64,000 nucleotides of DNA, taken from assembly GCA_030324005.1 (NCBI GenBank), contig JARDVH010000167.1, positions 15,367,652-15,431,651 on the forward strand, read 5' to 3'. A model generated the notes under the pieces. The model saw only the letters and a list, made by a program, of their open reading frames with translations. It made no database searches and had not been told where the DNA came from. Shown here piece after piece: positions 52,555-64,000 of the stretch. The DNA is from Negaprion brevirostris. Taxonomy: Eukaryota. Position 1 is the first letter of the stretch. Every line of letters starts with the position of its first letter. The position numbers and the translations under genes were made by a program.

Positions 52555-53758
52555 GGGGTTCTCCCAAAAAATTCTGAGTGTTGAATTTGCGTAAAAACTG
52601 GAGTAAGTCCTGCTGGCTTTTTCAGCAAAATTTTCAAAATGAATCTCTCACACACTGTGCACCGCAGAGTGCTCTGACACGAATCTCATTTAAGATNNNN
52701 NNNNNNNNNNNNNNNNNNNNNNNNNNNNNNNNNNNNNNNNNNNNNNNNNNNNNNNNNNNNNNNNNNNNNNNNNNNNNNNNNNNNNNNNNNNNNNNNNNNN
52801 NNNNNNNNNNNNNNNNNNNNNNNNNNNNNNNNNNNNNNNNNNNNNNNNNNNNNNNNNNNNNNNNNNNNNNNNNNNNNNNNNNNNNNNNNNNNNNNNNNNN
52901 NNNNNNNNNNNNNNNNNNNNNNNNNNNNNNNNNNNNNNNNNNNNNNNNNNNNNNNNNNNNNNNNNNNNNNNNNNNNNNNNNNNNNNNNNNNNNNNNNNNN
53001 NNNNNNNNNNNNNNNNNNNNNNNNNNNNNNNNNNNNNNNNNNNNNNNNNNNNNNNNNNNNNNNNNNNNNNNNNNNNNNNNNNNNNNNNNNNNNNNNNNNN
53101 NNNNNNNNNNNNNNNNNNNNNNNNNNNNNNNNNNNNNNNNNNNNNNNNNNNNNNNNNNNNNNNNNNNNNNNNNNNNNNNNNNNNNNNNNNNNNNNNNNNN
53201 NNNNNNNNNNNNNNNNNNNNNNNNNNNNNNNNNNNNNNNNNNNNNNNNNNNNNNNNNNNNNNNNNNNNNNNNNNNNNNNNNNNNNNNNNNNNNNNNNNNN
53301 NNNNNNNNNNNNNNNNTGTCACCAAGTCCGAGAGCAGAGTGGCAGCAGGACCCCCCTGCCACCAAGACCCCATCTCATTAGGCTCCTTCCGCTTGACACT
53401 GCCCAATGCCCAATGTGCCAAAGTGCCAAGCTGACAATGCCCAGGGGGCAACCCCTCCCTCACCCCCAACCTCCTGGAGGGGGCCTCAATGCAACCCCCT
53501 CCTTCAGTCCAGCAGTTTCAGGGCACCAGCTCCCCGCCAATGGGGAGCTATTGTAAACCCCGCTGGAGTGAAACACTCATGACAGTGAAGGTGAGGCTAG
53601 TGGGCTCCAAGACTTCAGTCCAGGCCCACAAATGAGATCTAAATTTTAACTTAAATGAATAATACAGCGCTGCGCCAATTTCTGGCGCCTTGCTGGTGGC
53701 ACCGGATATCCAGCAGCCGAAGATGCACAGAGGCTGTGGCGCCCAGTGGAGAACCCTC
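52555..53758. mobile_element. Non-autonomous Harbinger-like element spanning an N gap
   Basis: Imperfect TIR ggggttctcc / ggagaaccct; GC-rich interior. Confidence 0.45.
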
Positions 53759-53902
53759 TAGTTGAATCTCCTGGCATACTGCACTGCTGTAGCCCCCGTT
53801 ATACAAACACACATTGATTGTTGTTGTTGTGAAAAGACTGCACTTGTATTGCAACAGGGCAACAAGTAAAAGATAGAATGGAACTGGAGTCATCTGAACA
53901 TC

Positions 53903-54087
53903 ATTCTCCCCATGTCTGGGTTTCCTCTGGGTGCTCCGGTTTCCTCCCACGGTCCAAAGATGTGCGTAGGTTAGAGGGATTAGCGGATAAAATATGAGGG
54001 TAGGGCCTGGATGGGATTGTGGTCGGTGCAGACTTGATGGGCCGAAAGGCCTCTTTCTGCACTGTAGAGTTTCGATGATTTCTATGA
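53903..54087 (+). mobile_element. 5'-truncated HE1 SINE
   Basis: V-domain plus HER1-type tail (gatgggccgaaaggcctctttctgcactgtag). Confidence 0.88.
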
Positions 54088-54235
54088 TCAGACCTGGTGG
54101 GGATGATAGGTTTCCTTTTCTGAGGGATATCAGTAACCAGCTGGATTTTTGTGACACTCCAGCAGTTTTTGCAATTACTTTTCCAGTGCCAGCCTTCAAT
54201 TAGCTAGGTTTATTGAGTTAAATTTCATAATTTAT
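54088..54235 (-). mobile_element. Fragment of the tRNA-headed SINE family seen at 22160
   Basis: cagacctggtggggatgataggtttccttttctgagggatatcagtaaccagctggattttt. Confidence 0.55.
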
Positions 54236-55666
54236 GATCAATTTAGATTGGCAGTGTTAAAGTTGTTAATCTATTGGGGAATCACACCCTGCAGATTACA
54301 TAATCCATGATATGTCAAACTGCGATCTAACACTCCTGTATGTAGCTTTGTGTTATTTAAATATAGCATACAATATCTTTAATATTCCTGCATATGACGT
54401 ATAATGTATAATATTACTGGGTGCAATACTCCAGTGTGTGGGATATAGTATATGCTTTGTAATACTGAATAAAGTAACTCTGTATGTACTACATTAGAAA
54501 ACTATACGCTGTGTTAATTCACACTGCAGTTTATTGTCTAATGATACAGTTTGTTACTCAGGCAATAACAGACTTTTACTGGAAACAACAGCTCTGCCTT
54601 ATTACTGTGAATTTGGTTTCTGTGTGTTTGTAGCATAATCATGCTTTAATAGCAGATTATTTTATCAAATGGTGCATGGATGTTAAACTATTGACCTTTG
54701 TTTAAACATAGACACCTTCAGGATTATCTCGTGACCCCCATGCCTCCAGAGCCCAGAGCTGCCATCTGCTCACTGTAATACATCCTTCAGTAATCCTTCA
54801 GAAAAACAGGCCGCACTGCTCTGAGGTGAGTCATGCCATAATTACAGCCTAACCGTCCTTATAAAGGCTGTGGCTGGAAGCGAAAACTGGAGCTGACTGG
54901 CTGTTCTGAATTAATGCTGCCCATTTTCTGCCCTGGTTGTCGTAGTTACCAGACAGTGGTCACATTGGCTTTGTTGTGTGCAGTACAGTCAGTACGCAGC
55001 AGCTGAATGAGCTTCCTACTCTAACAGTTTCCCTGACAGATGTTATTCGTTAGACATTAAAAGGCCTTGTGGGATTGTGAGAGCAAATCACTTGTGATGG
55101 CATAAAGAGAAACTCTCAGATTTCTGATCACACCCCCCCCTCCACTCCCTCACCCTTCCTCATATTTTAAATGACAGCATCTCCCTTTCTTTGGCCCCCA
55201 TCAGCCGATTCCAAAATGATGAAAAATATGTTGTGGAAATCTCCTTTCAGTACAGTGCCCAGTAGATGATAAGTGTATGATGGCCTGGTGAGTTCCCTCC
55301 TTTACTTAAAAGGATGTTTTGATACTTTATAGTAGGGGGACATTAGAAAGAAGTGGTAATGCTGTTTTCACTGCCAATGTAATTTCACTCGAGAGGTTTT
55401 ATTTTCTATTTATATTTTCCATGTTTTACTGATGTCAGCTGGGGTGGAGCAGAGTGTTAGGAGGATCCACAATTGGCTTATTACCTTGTGGTAGAAAGAG
55501 AAGTAAACTAGCCAGCTTTCCTGAATGCCAGTTATTGGATTATAACTATAAAGTGTGTGTATGTAANNNNNNNNNNNNNNNNNNNNNNNNNNNNNNNNNN
55601 NNNNNNNNNNNNNNNNNNNNNNNNNNNNNNNNNNNNNNNNNNNNNNNNNNNNNNNNNNNNNNNNNN

Positions 55667-55733
<67 letters not shown>
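55667..55733. repeat. (CA)n microsatellite next to an N gap
   Basis: Visible directly. Confidence 0.95.
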
Positions 55734-55735
<2 letters not shown>

Positions 55736-56229
55736 AATAATGGCCACTTGGCCATTGTCCAGATGTACACACCACTGTGGAACTGCACTCCAGCAAAAAA
55801 GAGAAAGCACAAAAACATTTTGGAAGCATTTGTTTGCATTTCTCCACAAAGATCTCTTCAGGCTGAGAATGGAGCTCCCAATCTGTTCTGGTACTTCCAG
55901 TAAGGGTGCTGAGAGAAGGTGGGTAAAAGCAGACTGGGGATTGGATTTTGCCTAACTCAGTGCTGGGAAGCATTGACATCACCCCAGTGATGATAGGCAG
56001 CTTTGAGAGTTGCCAGACTTGACCCTGTGTTCTCCCACTCCACAGCAAACAGAACTTGCATTGATGTAGCACTTCACAAAGTAAACAGGCCACCTCCAAG
56101 TGCTTTATAACAAATATTTTCAAAGTGTAGTCACTGTTGTTCGGCATGTTGTTTTACACTGCACTGGGGCAGGCCTGATGCAAGCTTTGCGCTAATCGTA
56201 ACACCTACCACTAATGCACATCACAGATA

Positions 56230-56590
56230 CTGAATATTTAATGTTTGTGGATGGGTGCCAGTGAAGCGGGACTACCTTGTTCTGGATGGTGTTGAGCTTA
56301 TTGAGTGTTGCTGGAACTGCACTCATCCAGGCAAGTGAAGAGTATTCTATCACACTCCTGACCTGTGCCTTGTAGGTGGTGGACAGGCTTTGAGGGGTCA
56401 GGAGGTGAGTTACTGTCCACACAATTCCCAGCCTCTGATCTGCTCTTGTAGGCACTGTATTTATACGGCTGTTCCAGTTCAGTTTCTGGTTCATGTTAAC
56501 TCCAGGATATTGACAGTGGGGTATTCAGAGATGGTAGTGCCGTTGAATGTCAAGGGCAGATTGTTGGATTCTCTCTTTTTGGCAATGGTC
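56230..56590 (-). mobile_element. Family B LINE fragment
   Basis: QRLGIVWTVTHLLTPQSLSTTYKAQVRSVIEYSSLAW. Confidence 0.85.
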
Positions 56591-58699
56591 AAACCCTTGA
56601 GACTCATGAACCTGATATACGTTACTGCTGGTGGGTAGCCTCTTGGCTTTGTGCACCCACACTGCTCTGCTCTGCTGACCAGCTGTTGTTTCTGCCTCAG
56701 TCAGCCAAACAGTTAACATTTGCAAGGCTACTGCTGAAAGGTACCTGATCAGGAATGCTGTATGTTATTTCTGTCAGTTGAGTTAGCATCAATCTTAAAA
56801 TGTCTCATCACCAAACTCTTTGTTCCAATATGATGGTATTGACTGGAACCTGACTGATATGTGGGATAAAAAAGGAGAAACAAAGATTATCCTTTACAGC
56901 CTTTTAATTACACTGTTTAACTAACTTATTACTCCATTGTGGTGTTACCACCTGAAGTATTTATCCTTTTCTGCACCTACTGTCCTTGTTCCCCTGTGTT
57001 CTACTGTTTGAAACTGACAATGTGCGTCAGTGACCTGCACTTGGAGCTGAGCTAATGCAATTTTAAACTAGGCTGTTAGGAGGTGCAAGACTGCAGCCCA
57101 AATAGACTTGCACCTAGTTCCTGTTGCAAAGTATCGCATCTCTGCCATGTAACAATCAGGCTGAGATTAAGAATGTGGCACATGAAGAATCATGAGACAA
57201 GCTACATCCCTTTACTGTGTGCCACTTTGGACTGCCCTGCAGTTTGTTTCATGGTAGGCAGGAGCAGGAAATTGGAATTTCACTGGTGGGAAATTGGTCT
57301 GGAATTTTTTTACCTAACCACTTTGCTGGCAGGTGGATGGCAAGCCAAGTTTCTCGCTAATCTGCATGGATGACCATTTGCATGTATTACCATGTCATAA
57401 ATGCTTATTAAAAACTCCAGCATCATGTTCCCTGCTCCAATTACATGGCACGCCAGACCAGTTGAAATACAAATTAAATACAACTGTCAAGCAGCTGTCC
57501 ACCCTCACTTCACTCAGGAATTTGAGGTGAGTACTTCATGCAAAACCTACCTGCAACTGCACTGTTCCAGTTTCTCATCATAGCTAGTGATCCTCCACAC
57601 TGGTGGGGGTATAGAGTGGGTCTGCTCACTCATTTCCTCCCTATTCTGGGACAGTGTGTTCTGTGGCTCAGGGGAGGGAAGGATGACAGTAACATGTGGG
57701 AAGTGTGGCAGGGAAAGCAGACTTTGTCATAATCAGTCCAGAAGAAATGGGCAAGCTTATTGAAAGACAGCCAAAGGCCTGGTTTGGGGGTTCGGGGGAC
57801 AAGAAGTCAGGGTGAGAGATTAAAGGCAGTTCTGGGGCTTTGTGGGCCATGCTATTTATGGCATGCACATTGTAGTCCCACTCCAGAGAGGAGCAAGGAC
57901 TGTGTGCTGAATTGAGATAAGGCACTGCTTGATGCATAGGTGGTTGCCATCATTTTCCAGCCAGAGGCTGATACTGGGCTGCAGATGTGATGCTCATGTT
58001 TAAGGGAGGCATCTGCAGCCTGTAAAATGGGGAAAATGTAATAGAAGAGTGGGGATATTTGAAGCTTGACCGGGGTGGGGTGGGGAGTGGGGGGAGGGCA
58101 GGTGTGGGGAANNNNNNNNNNNNNNNNNNNNNNNNNNNNNNNNNNNNNNNNNNNNNNNNNNNNNNNNNNNNNNNNNNNNNNNNNNNNNNNNNNNNNNNNN
58201 NNNNNNNNNNNTTCCCTCTGTGACCATGAACTCAGCCTTGAGATGGGGTGACCTAATGGGCATGGGGACACCAACAGTGATAGGTCTAATGGGGAGAACT
58301 GGAATTTCCACCACAATTGCAAAGAGATACTGGGAGAGATGGGAGGATAACTGAAGGGAACTCTACCTATACATTGTGAAGCAGCAAGTGCTCATGGCTG
58401 GACCGGGGGGGGCCCGAGCAGGGTATACCCTCAAACTGCTCCTCACAGCATGGAAATGGAATCAGAGCATAGAGAAACCAGGAAGGCCTCCTTGTGAACA
58501 TGCAAATGGAGCCATTGTCTTTGGCGTGCTTCAATGAGAGGCTACAGGAGTCATTAGCTTCGTCACACACTCGCTCCTTTTGAGCTTTAGCAGAGAGCTA
58601 TGCAAAAATGGAAAATGCAGGCAACTGTGAAGGAAGCACAGCTACTGTTTATCTGCTAGATTACCAACATGCTTTCTCCATTTGGCATTGATAACTGAC

Positions 58700-59460
58700 C
58701 AAAGGGCACCCAGTCTGTCTTTGCAGAAATGCAAATTGAGCTTAATCAGCATCCAGGTCAGAGATTGCAGGAGTGTCTTCGGTAAAGTGGCACATTTCAT
58801 AAATGTGTCCAAACCTCTTCCAAGCTCTGTGGGAGAGAGATGGGTTGGCATCTTGGTCACCTCAGTAATAGGCTTCAGTAATATGCTGCATCAGCGAAAA
58901 GCTAGCAATGTAGATACAGCTCNNNNNNNCCAGAACATGAGATTAGCTTTCTGATTTTGACAAACAAGTTTGTGCCAGGTACCATGGGAGTTCCCATAAC
59001 TTACACATCCTTATACACTCCCACATATCTCAAATATTCAAAAGGTCTCAATGTCACAGGTCTGGCTGCTTGGGAATAAGGGGGACTTGGTCAAATGATG
59101 GCTCATGACACCCATGCATCATCCTCAGAGGGCTTTGGAGGAGAGATAAACGCAGCAAATAATTTGGCCTGATCCATCATTGTGCAGACCACTGGCATCC
59201 CAAGGATGCGATTTCAATGCTTGACTGCTCAGCTGGATCTCTGCATTACTCTCCATGTACAGTTTCCCACATAATCATGATCGGTTTTGCCCATCAACTG
59301 GCGTTTCCAAGTTGGGGGGATGCCTTGGGAGAGGGAGATGCGGAGGAGACTGAGAGTTCCTTGGACAATGAAGGGCAGCTTCCAGGTGAGGATACCATTG
59401 AAGAAGTGCAATGTGGTGGATGTGCCCATTCCATACTGATAGCTCTCAGATTCCAGGAGG
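58700..59460 (+). pseudogene. Harbinger transposase (HARBI1-like DDE) remnant
   Basis: VCARYHGSSHNLHIL, WLLGNKG..WLMTP, RFQCLDCSAGSLHYSPCTVSHII, acidic tail; frameshifts and stops. Confidence 0.85.
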
Positions 59461-61744
59461 AACAAGGTGTGGCCAACAGGGTATGGCCACATTTCTTCTG
59501 TTACTTAGTGCCATGCTACTGCACTGAAAGTCCTTTACAACCAGTAACATTGAGAACAAGTTCAGCACTCAAACTTGTGCTTCAACTAGACCCTAATCTT
59601 TGGAAAGGTCAGCAGCACCTGTGTTTGTGCCCTCTGGGAAGTGAAAGTTGGCACAACAGTGCAAACACGCATCAAAGGACCTGCTGCAGTCATTGCCATC
59701 TTAATGAGAAACTTTTAGCGGAGACAGATATGCGCACATGATTGGAGAGACCATCATGGCTGCAGGTCTTTGCTTTAGCACTAGCCATGAAGACTGCTAT
59801 CTCATCTTGAGAAACAGTTACAGCAAACCCTCTAAGGCAATTGAAAATACCGAACTTCATGTTGTTTTGCAAAGAGTAGAGGTTCTTAACACTTTTTGAA
59901 AACACTTCCAGCAGAGAGATTGACACATCTCCCTGACATAACACAAGGGTCAACNNNNNNNNNNNNNNNNNNNNNNNNNNNNNNNNNNNNNNNNNNNNNN
60001 NNNNNNNNNNNNNNNNNNNNNNNNNNNNNNNNNNNNNNNNNNNNNNNNNNNNNNACACATCTCCCTGACATAACACAAGGGTCAACGAACTCCCATGACT
60101 CAACTGCACATCCTATGAATGTGAGACTCACCAAGGGAGATGATCACAGAGTGGGAGCGTGGTGAGCCCTCACAAAAGAGGATACATAGATGCATATGCA
60201 CAATGCTTTCAAATGATGAGAACATTCTCATGGACAGCAAATGTATTTATTATGGTACCTGATGTGTAGAGTGATTGAACACCTGTGACCCAGAAGTGAT
60301 GTCAAAATTTCTGAATTTTTCTAACCCTACCACTATGTCTCAGTGCATTCGCAGCATCTGTAGCAGAGGTGCAAGCAGCCTGCTGACTGCTACTCCCTGT
60401 TGACTTTGATAACTTTGCTGTGCCTACTCCCCAGGACCAAGGCCCCAGCCTGCTTTGGGTCTCCTGCTATGGGGAGGTCGCCCTCCTTGGTCTGTACAGC
60501 TGGAGGTAATGGGGTCACAGGTAAAGGGGATTTGGACTGAATACACTCGGAGTCACTTGTGTGGTTGGGCCCAGGGTTTTCAATTGTTCGTCCTCCTCCT
60601 GGCCTGACTCCTTGAGGAGAAGGGGATCCTGGAGTCAATGTTCTCCACCCGCTTTCTCACCTCACCACTGATGAATCCGACCAATGCCTACCACAATAGA
60701 GTGCAAGTCTGAGTGCAAATCCAGCAGGATCTGCTGGACCACTGTCTCCAAGACAGCCGTCTCCCTTCCCATGGAAAGCTCAAGACCATGACATCAGACA
60801 GACTGCGGATGAACTCCTCCATCCCTTGCCGGGGTCTGTTGAGTACCTCTCACCACCTTACCGGATTTCCCACTGCCTGTTAGTGCACGTACAACATGTT
60901 AAGACAGCCATTTCCATCGGCTCATCATTCTGATCTCCAGCAGTCCTCCAAGTTCCAGAGACCTGAGCTGATACTGCCTCCAACCGCTGCAGAGATGTGA
61001 GCTGTTCCCCAGAATGTGAGCCTGAGCCTCGTCTCGATCCATGACCCACTGGCATGTGCACCACTGTGCCGATGGAGGGTGCAGGTGAATGCATTGACGG
61101 TTCTTCCTGTCATGCGTCCTTAACATTCTCCCATGAGGTGGCCCCGGAGGCTTGGACTTATGCTACCTTGAGTGGCCTGTCAGGGCCTGCTGGTTCCTGT
61201 AAGACAGAGCAATTAGATTTCGTTCATGAGGAAGCAGAATACAACATAGCATGTGAGTCACTGTGATTATCAGGATGTGGTCGACACAAGGAGAGCTGAT
61301 GTGCACTGGCTGACTGGAAGAGACCAATTTCACCTTCCCCAGAGGACTGAGCTTTGTCTTTGCCTGTCAACTCCGTACCACTGCCCCTCCTCAAAATGGG
61401 ACAGCTCATAGGCATCTGATATCTCTCCTCCCAACTAGGATATGACCCTTTGGTTGTGGGCAAGCTTGGCCACTATGAAGATAAAGGGAACATGATAAAA
61501 AGAGGTTGTGAAGCATGCATGCGGGTTGTGTGTTGACTGCTCCGCAGTAAGGGCCAAGGATGGAGTTTGTGCAGCATGATGAATAAGGTGCTGTGATGCT
61601 AAAGTGTCCACGAGATAATCTGATGCCTCTCTCGCAAAGATTGTGTGACATCCCTGGGCAGTGTAACCCTTTGAGGACACTGCCATTATGAGAGTGAGAG
61701 ACTGGAGTGAGCTGAAGGTTGACACGCTGGTGGAGCAGATGACA

Positions 61745-61935
61745 TTATTTATCTTCTTCCTGCACTAGGTGGCATTTCTCGGGCAGGTGCCTGAGGAGCT
61801 AATTTCCCTTGCAACCCACGGTGGTGAAGTGAAGTGAGGCTGGTGGGTCTTCCTTGGGTAGAGGATATTGTCGATTGGCTCCACAGGGGAATCTCTGCTG
61901 AACCCAGGAGTAATTTTCTTCTCTGGTGCAGCCAT
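61745..61935 (-). pseudogene. Harbinger Myb/SANT (trihelix) DNA-binding gene, 5' part
   Basis: MAAPEKKITPGFSRD...ILYPR...PPWVAREISS...RNAT*CRKKI matches the PRFS...W..VA..V...R...QCRKK pattern. Confidence 0.65.
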
Positions 61936-62799
61936 TGCAAGGTGTTTCTGGTACTGTGTAGCATTTAAATATGGAGCTCAGACCTTAGGTGACAGCAGGA
62001 TGGATGAATCCTGTCCCTGTCATCATGTGATTCAGAGAGCTACTCGGTGCACAATTAAGGAGGTTGCAAGTGTGGACTCGAGCGCAATTTCCAGCTGGGC
62101 TACCCAGTGGGAAATTTGCCCGCGACTGCACTCTGTCTCCAGAAAGGAAAATTCTCTCCTGCCTTCTTTATTTGTAACCATATGGCTGTCACGAAATCCA
62201 CAGATTCCGTACAAAGTGTAGGTTGAACAAAAACCCAAAAGCAGAACACAAGGCCTTCACATACTGGCAGGAAGCCCACAATCCACAATGGACACAAATT
62301 AGTAACCATGGACACCTGAACGCTAACGTGCACATGTCGAGTTGAGTACACCCGCAGGCAGAGAGCCATCTCTCTCTCTCTCCATATATATCACTGCTGT
62401 CAGACTGGAGCCTGAGATTCTGGCCACACCCGTGACTGATTGACAGTACAAAAAGATCATTAAACTTTGAAAGGCTCCATCTTGATTACTGACTGGAAAA
62501 GAACAGTGTACCTGAACGGTATTTATTTAATATCCAGTATTCCACCTTGTTACCTGTCTGACCCCACTGACAGAAAGAATGCATTTCACCGCTTAACACA
62601 TACTTTTGACACAACCACAAACAACCAAATAATACCTCAGGCTGCCTGAGGGCCGTAGATATCTACAATGAAGAATACAGTTTTGGCACTGGGGAAGTCT
62701 GTACTTGGTGGCTGAATGGTTCAAGCTGAAGTTCAACATAAAAGATATCGTGGAATAGTATGGTTTGGTGAGATGATACTCTCTGGCTCAATAGAATAG

Positions 62800-63760
62800 C
62801 TAGTCATATAAGGGGCAGCCCTGACATACTTCTTCTCTTCCAAAGTGAATGGGCACCATCAGGGAAGCTTAATGAGACACACTGCGGTAGCGACAAAGTG
62901 CATCCCAAACCCAGATGTCCACAGAGCTCCAAATAAATATTCTTGATCCACTTTATCAAATGCCTTCTCCTGATGGAGAGACAGGAAGGCGGTTGCCAGA
63001 CCGGCTCTTTTGGGAAAGGTGGATCAGGTCCCAAACCAGGTGGATGTTATCATAAAAGGTCCAGCCCAGGACCGTCGAGGGCTGTTCAAGGTGGATCATG
63101 TGATCCGGTACGACGCCAAGGCAGGAAGACATTGCTTTGGCAAAGATTTCTAGTGCCCTCTGGGCCAACAAGCGTCAGGTCCCAACACACATCTCTACAA
63201 GCATCTTTACTGGACAGCTCTGCAGAGAAAAGGGCACTTTAGAAATGTTGGGTGTGGGCCCTGATGGTCTCTGGATCTGAGATGAGAGAACTGTCATAAT
63301 GAGCTGCTGATGACCCCCATGTCATTTTTCCAGAAGAAGGGGAAGCTGCAGTCCAGATCCTTAAGGAAGAGAATCCGCAACGTCACGTTCGTGCCACAGT
63401 GACCTATCAGCAGTCCCCCTTCTATTCGTACACCAGCTGCAGAGATGAGATTCCAGATTGAGCACCTCCTTCTCCAACTCCTTGAACCTGGATTTCCGCC
63501 TCTTTCTCGACCCACTCGCATATTCTGACAGAAGGCACTGACATGAGTTTTGTCCACGTACCACTAGAGCCTCAAGGAGAGGAAACCTTTCCGCTTCCTT
63601 CTCCAGCCGGGCCGAAAGCGATGAACCCTGGAAATGCTCGTTCTCCAGCAGCAAGCAAATGTTTCAGCTCACCAATACCTGCCACAGGACAATTTTTCCA
63701 TCTTGGGTGCCAGTCAGTGCCAGACACACTCAGGCATTGCGATGCTGACTTAATTGGCAC
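62800..63760 (-). mobile_element. Tx1/L1-clade LINE ORF2 remnant
   Basis: IFAKAMSSCL..V..HMIH..Q...DNIHLVWDLI, FLSLHQEKAFDKVD; linker RFKELEKEVLNLE. Confidence 0.85.
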
Positions 63761-64000
63761 AATTGACTCATCAAGGAAGGAGATGCTGAGATAACTTTTT
63801 TCTCAGAGGCACATCTGATTTGTGTGAAGACCACAACTATCATATAAGCTGCATCCTAAGAGGCACTCTTATTCCCCCAGCTCACATGGGCTGTGCATTA
63901 AACAAACTGGACAACCAGCCACCCAGACATTTACCCCTGATAGCCAGGTGTCCAGAATCAGCAAGCTTGAATTTCCATACTGTTCCTGCACTCTGGCTTC

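Larger units (their letters stand above)
57297..62426. mobile_element. Decayed autonomous-type PIF/Harbinger transposon (transposase on +, Myb/SANT-like gene on -)
   Basis: Both gene remnants listed separately; candidate TIRs ggtctggaatttt and gagattctggcc; ends uncertain. Confidence 0.7.

Noticed and set aside
55557-55955. His-Thr and Val-Cys repeat ORFs
   Set aside because: Translations of a (CA)n microsatellite plus Ns
59923-60086. 32-bp direct repeat flanking a 100-N gap
   Set aside because: Same contig-overlap artefact; not a CRISPR repeat or TSD
1-64000. ORFs in the six-frame track as host genes
   Set aside because: They are short, TE-derived, unrecognisable, or inflated by N runs; no coherent exon chain or known host protein

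Overview
Repeat-rich, apparently non-coding (intergenic or deep intronic) 64 kb from a draft cartilaginous-fish genome, most likely a shark. The taxon is inferred from HE1/V-SINE and Deu-domain (SacSINE1-like) SINEs, CR1/HER1 LINE tails and Penelope-type termini. I recognise no intact host protein-coding gene, rRNA, tRNA or CRISPR array; the recognisable ORFs in the track are decayed transposon fragments. Contents: an internally deleted Gypsy provirus with both LTRs, PBS, PPT and TSD; a GalEa-like Copia remnant; solo LTRs; many CR1, L2, CR1/Jockey-like and Tx1 LINE fragments; a two-gene PIF/Harbinger fossil and MITEs. Most notable signals: (i) minimal type I hammerhead-ribozyme motifs in Penelope-like termini, including an inverted-terminus insertion with a 13-bp TSD; (ii) two high-identity local inverted duplications of unique DNA, one pasted into an old CR1 and carrying a splice acceptor; (iii) tRNA-like heads fused to LINE RT or tail sequence. 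Repeat boundaries are by eye (about +/-20 bp unless a TSD is quoted). Family names come from recalled consensus sequences, not database searches.
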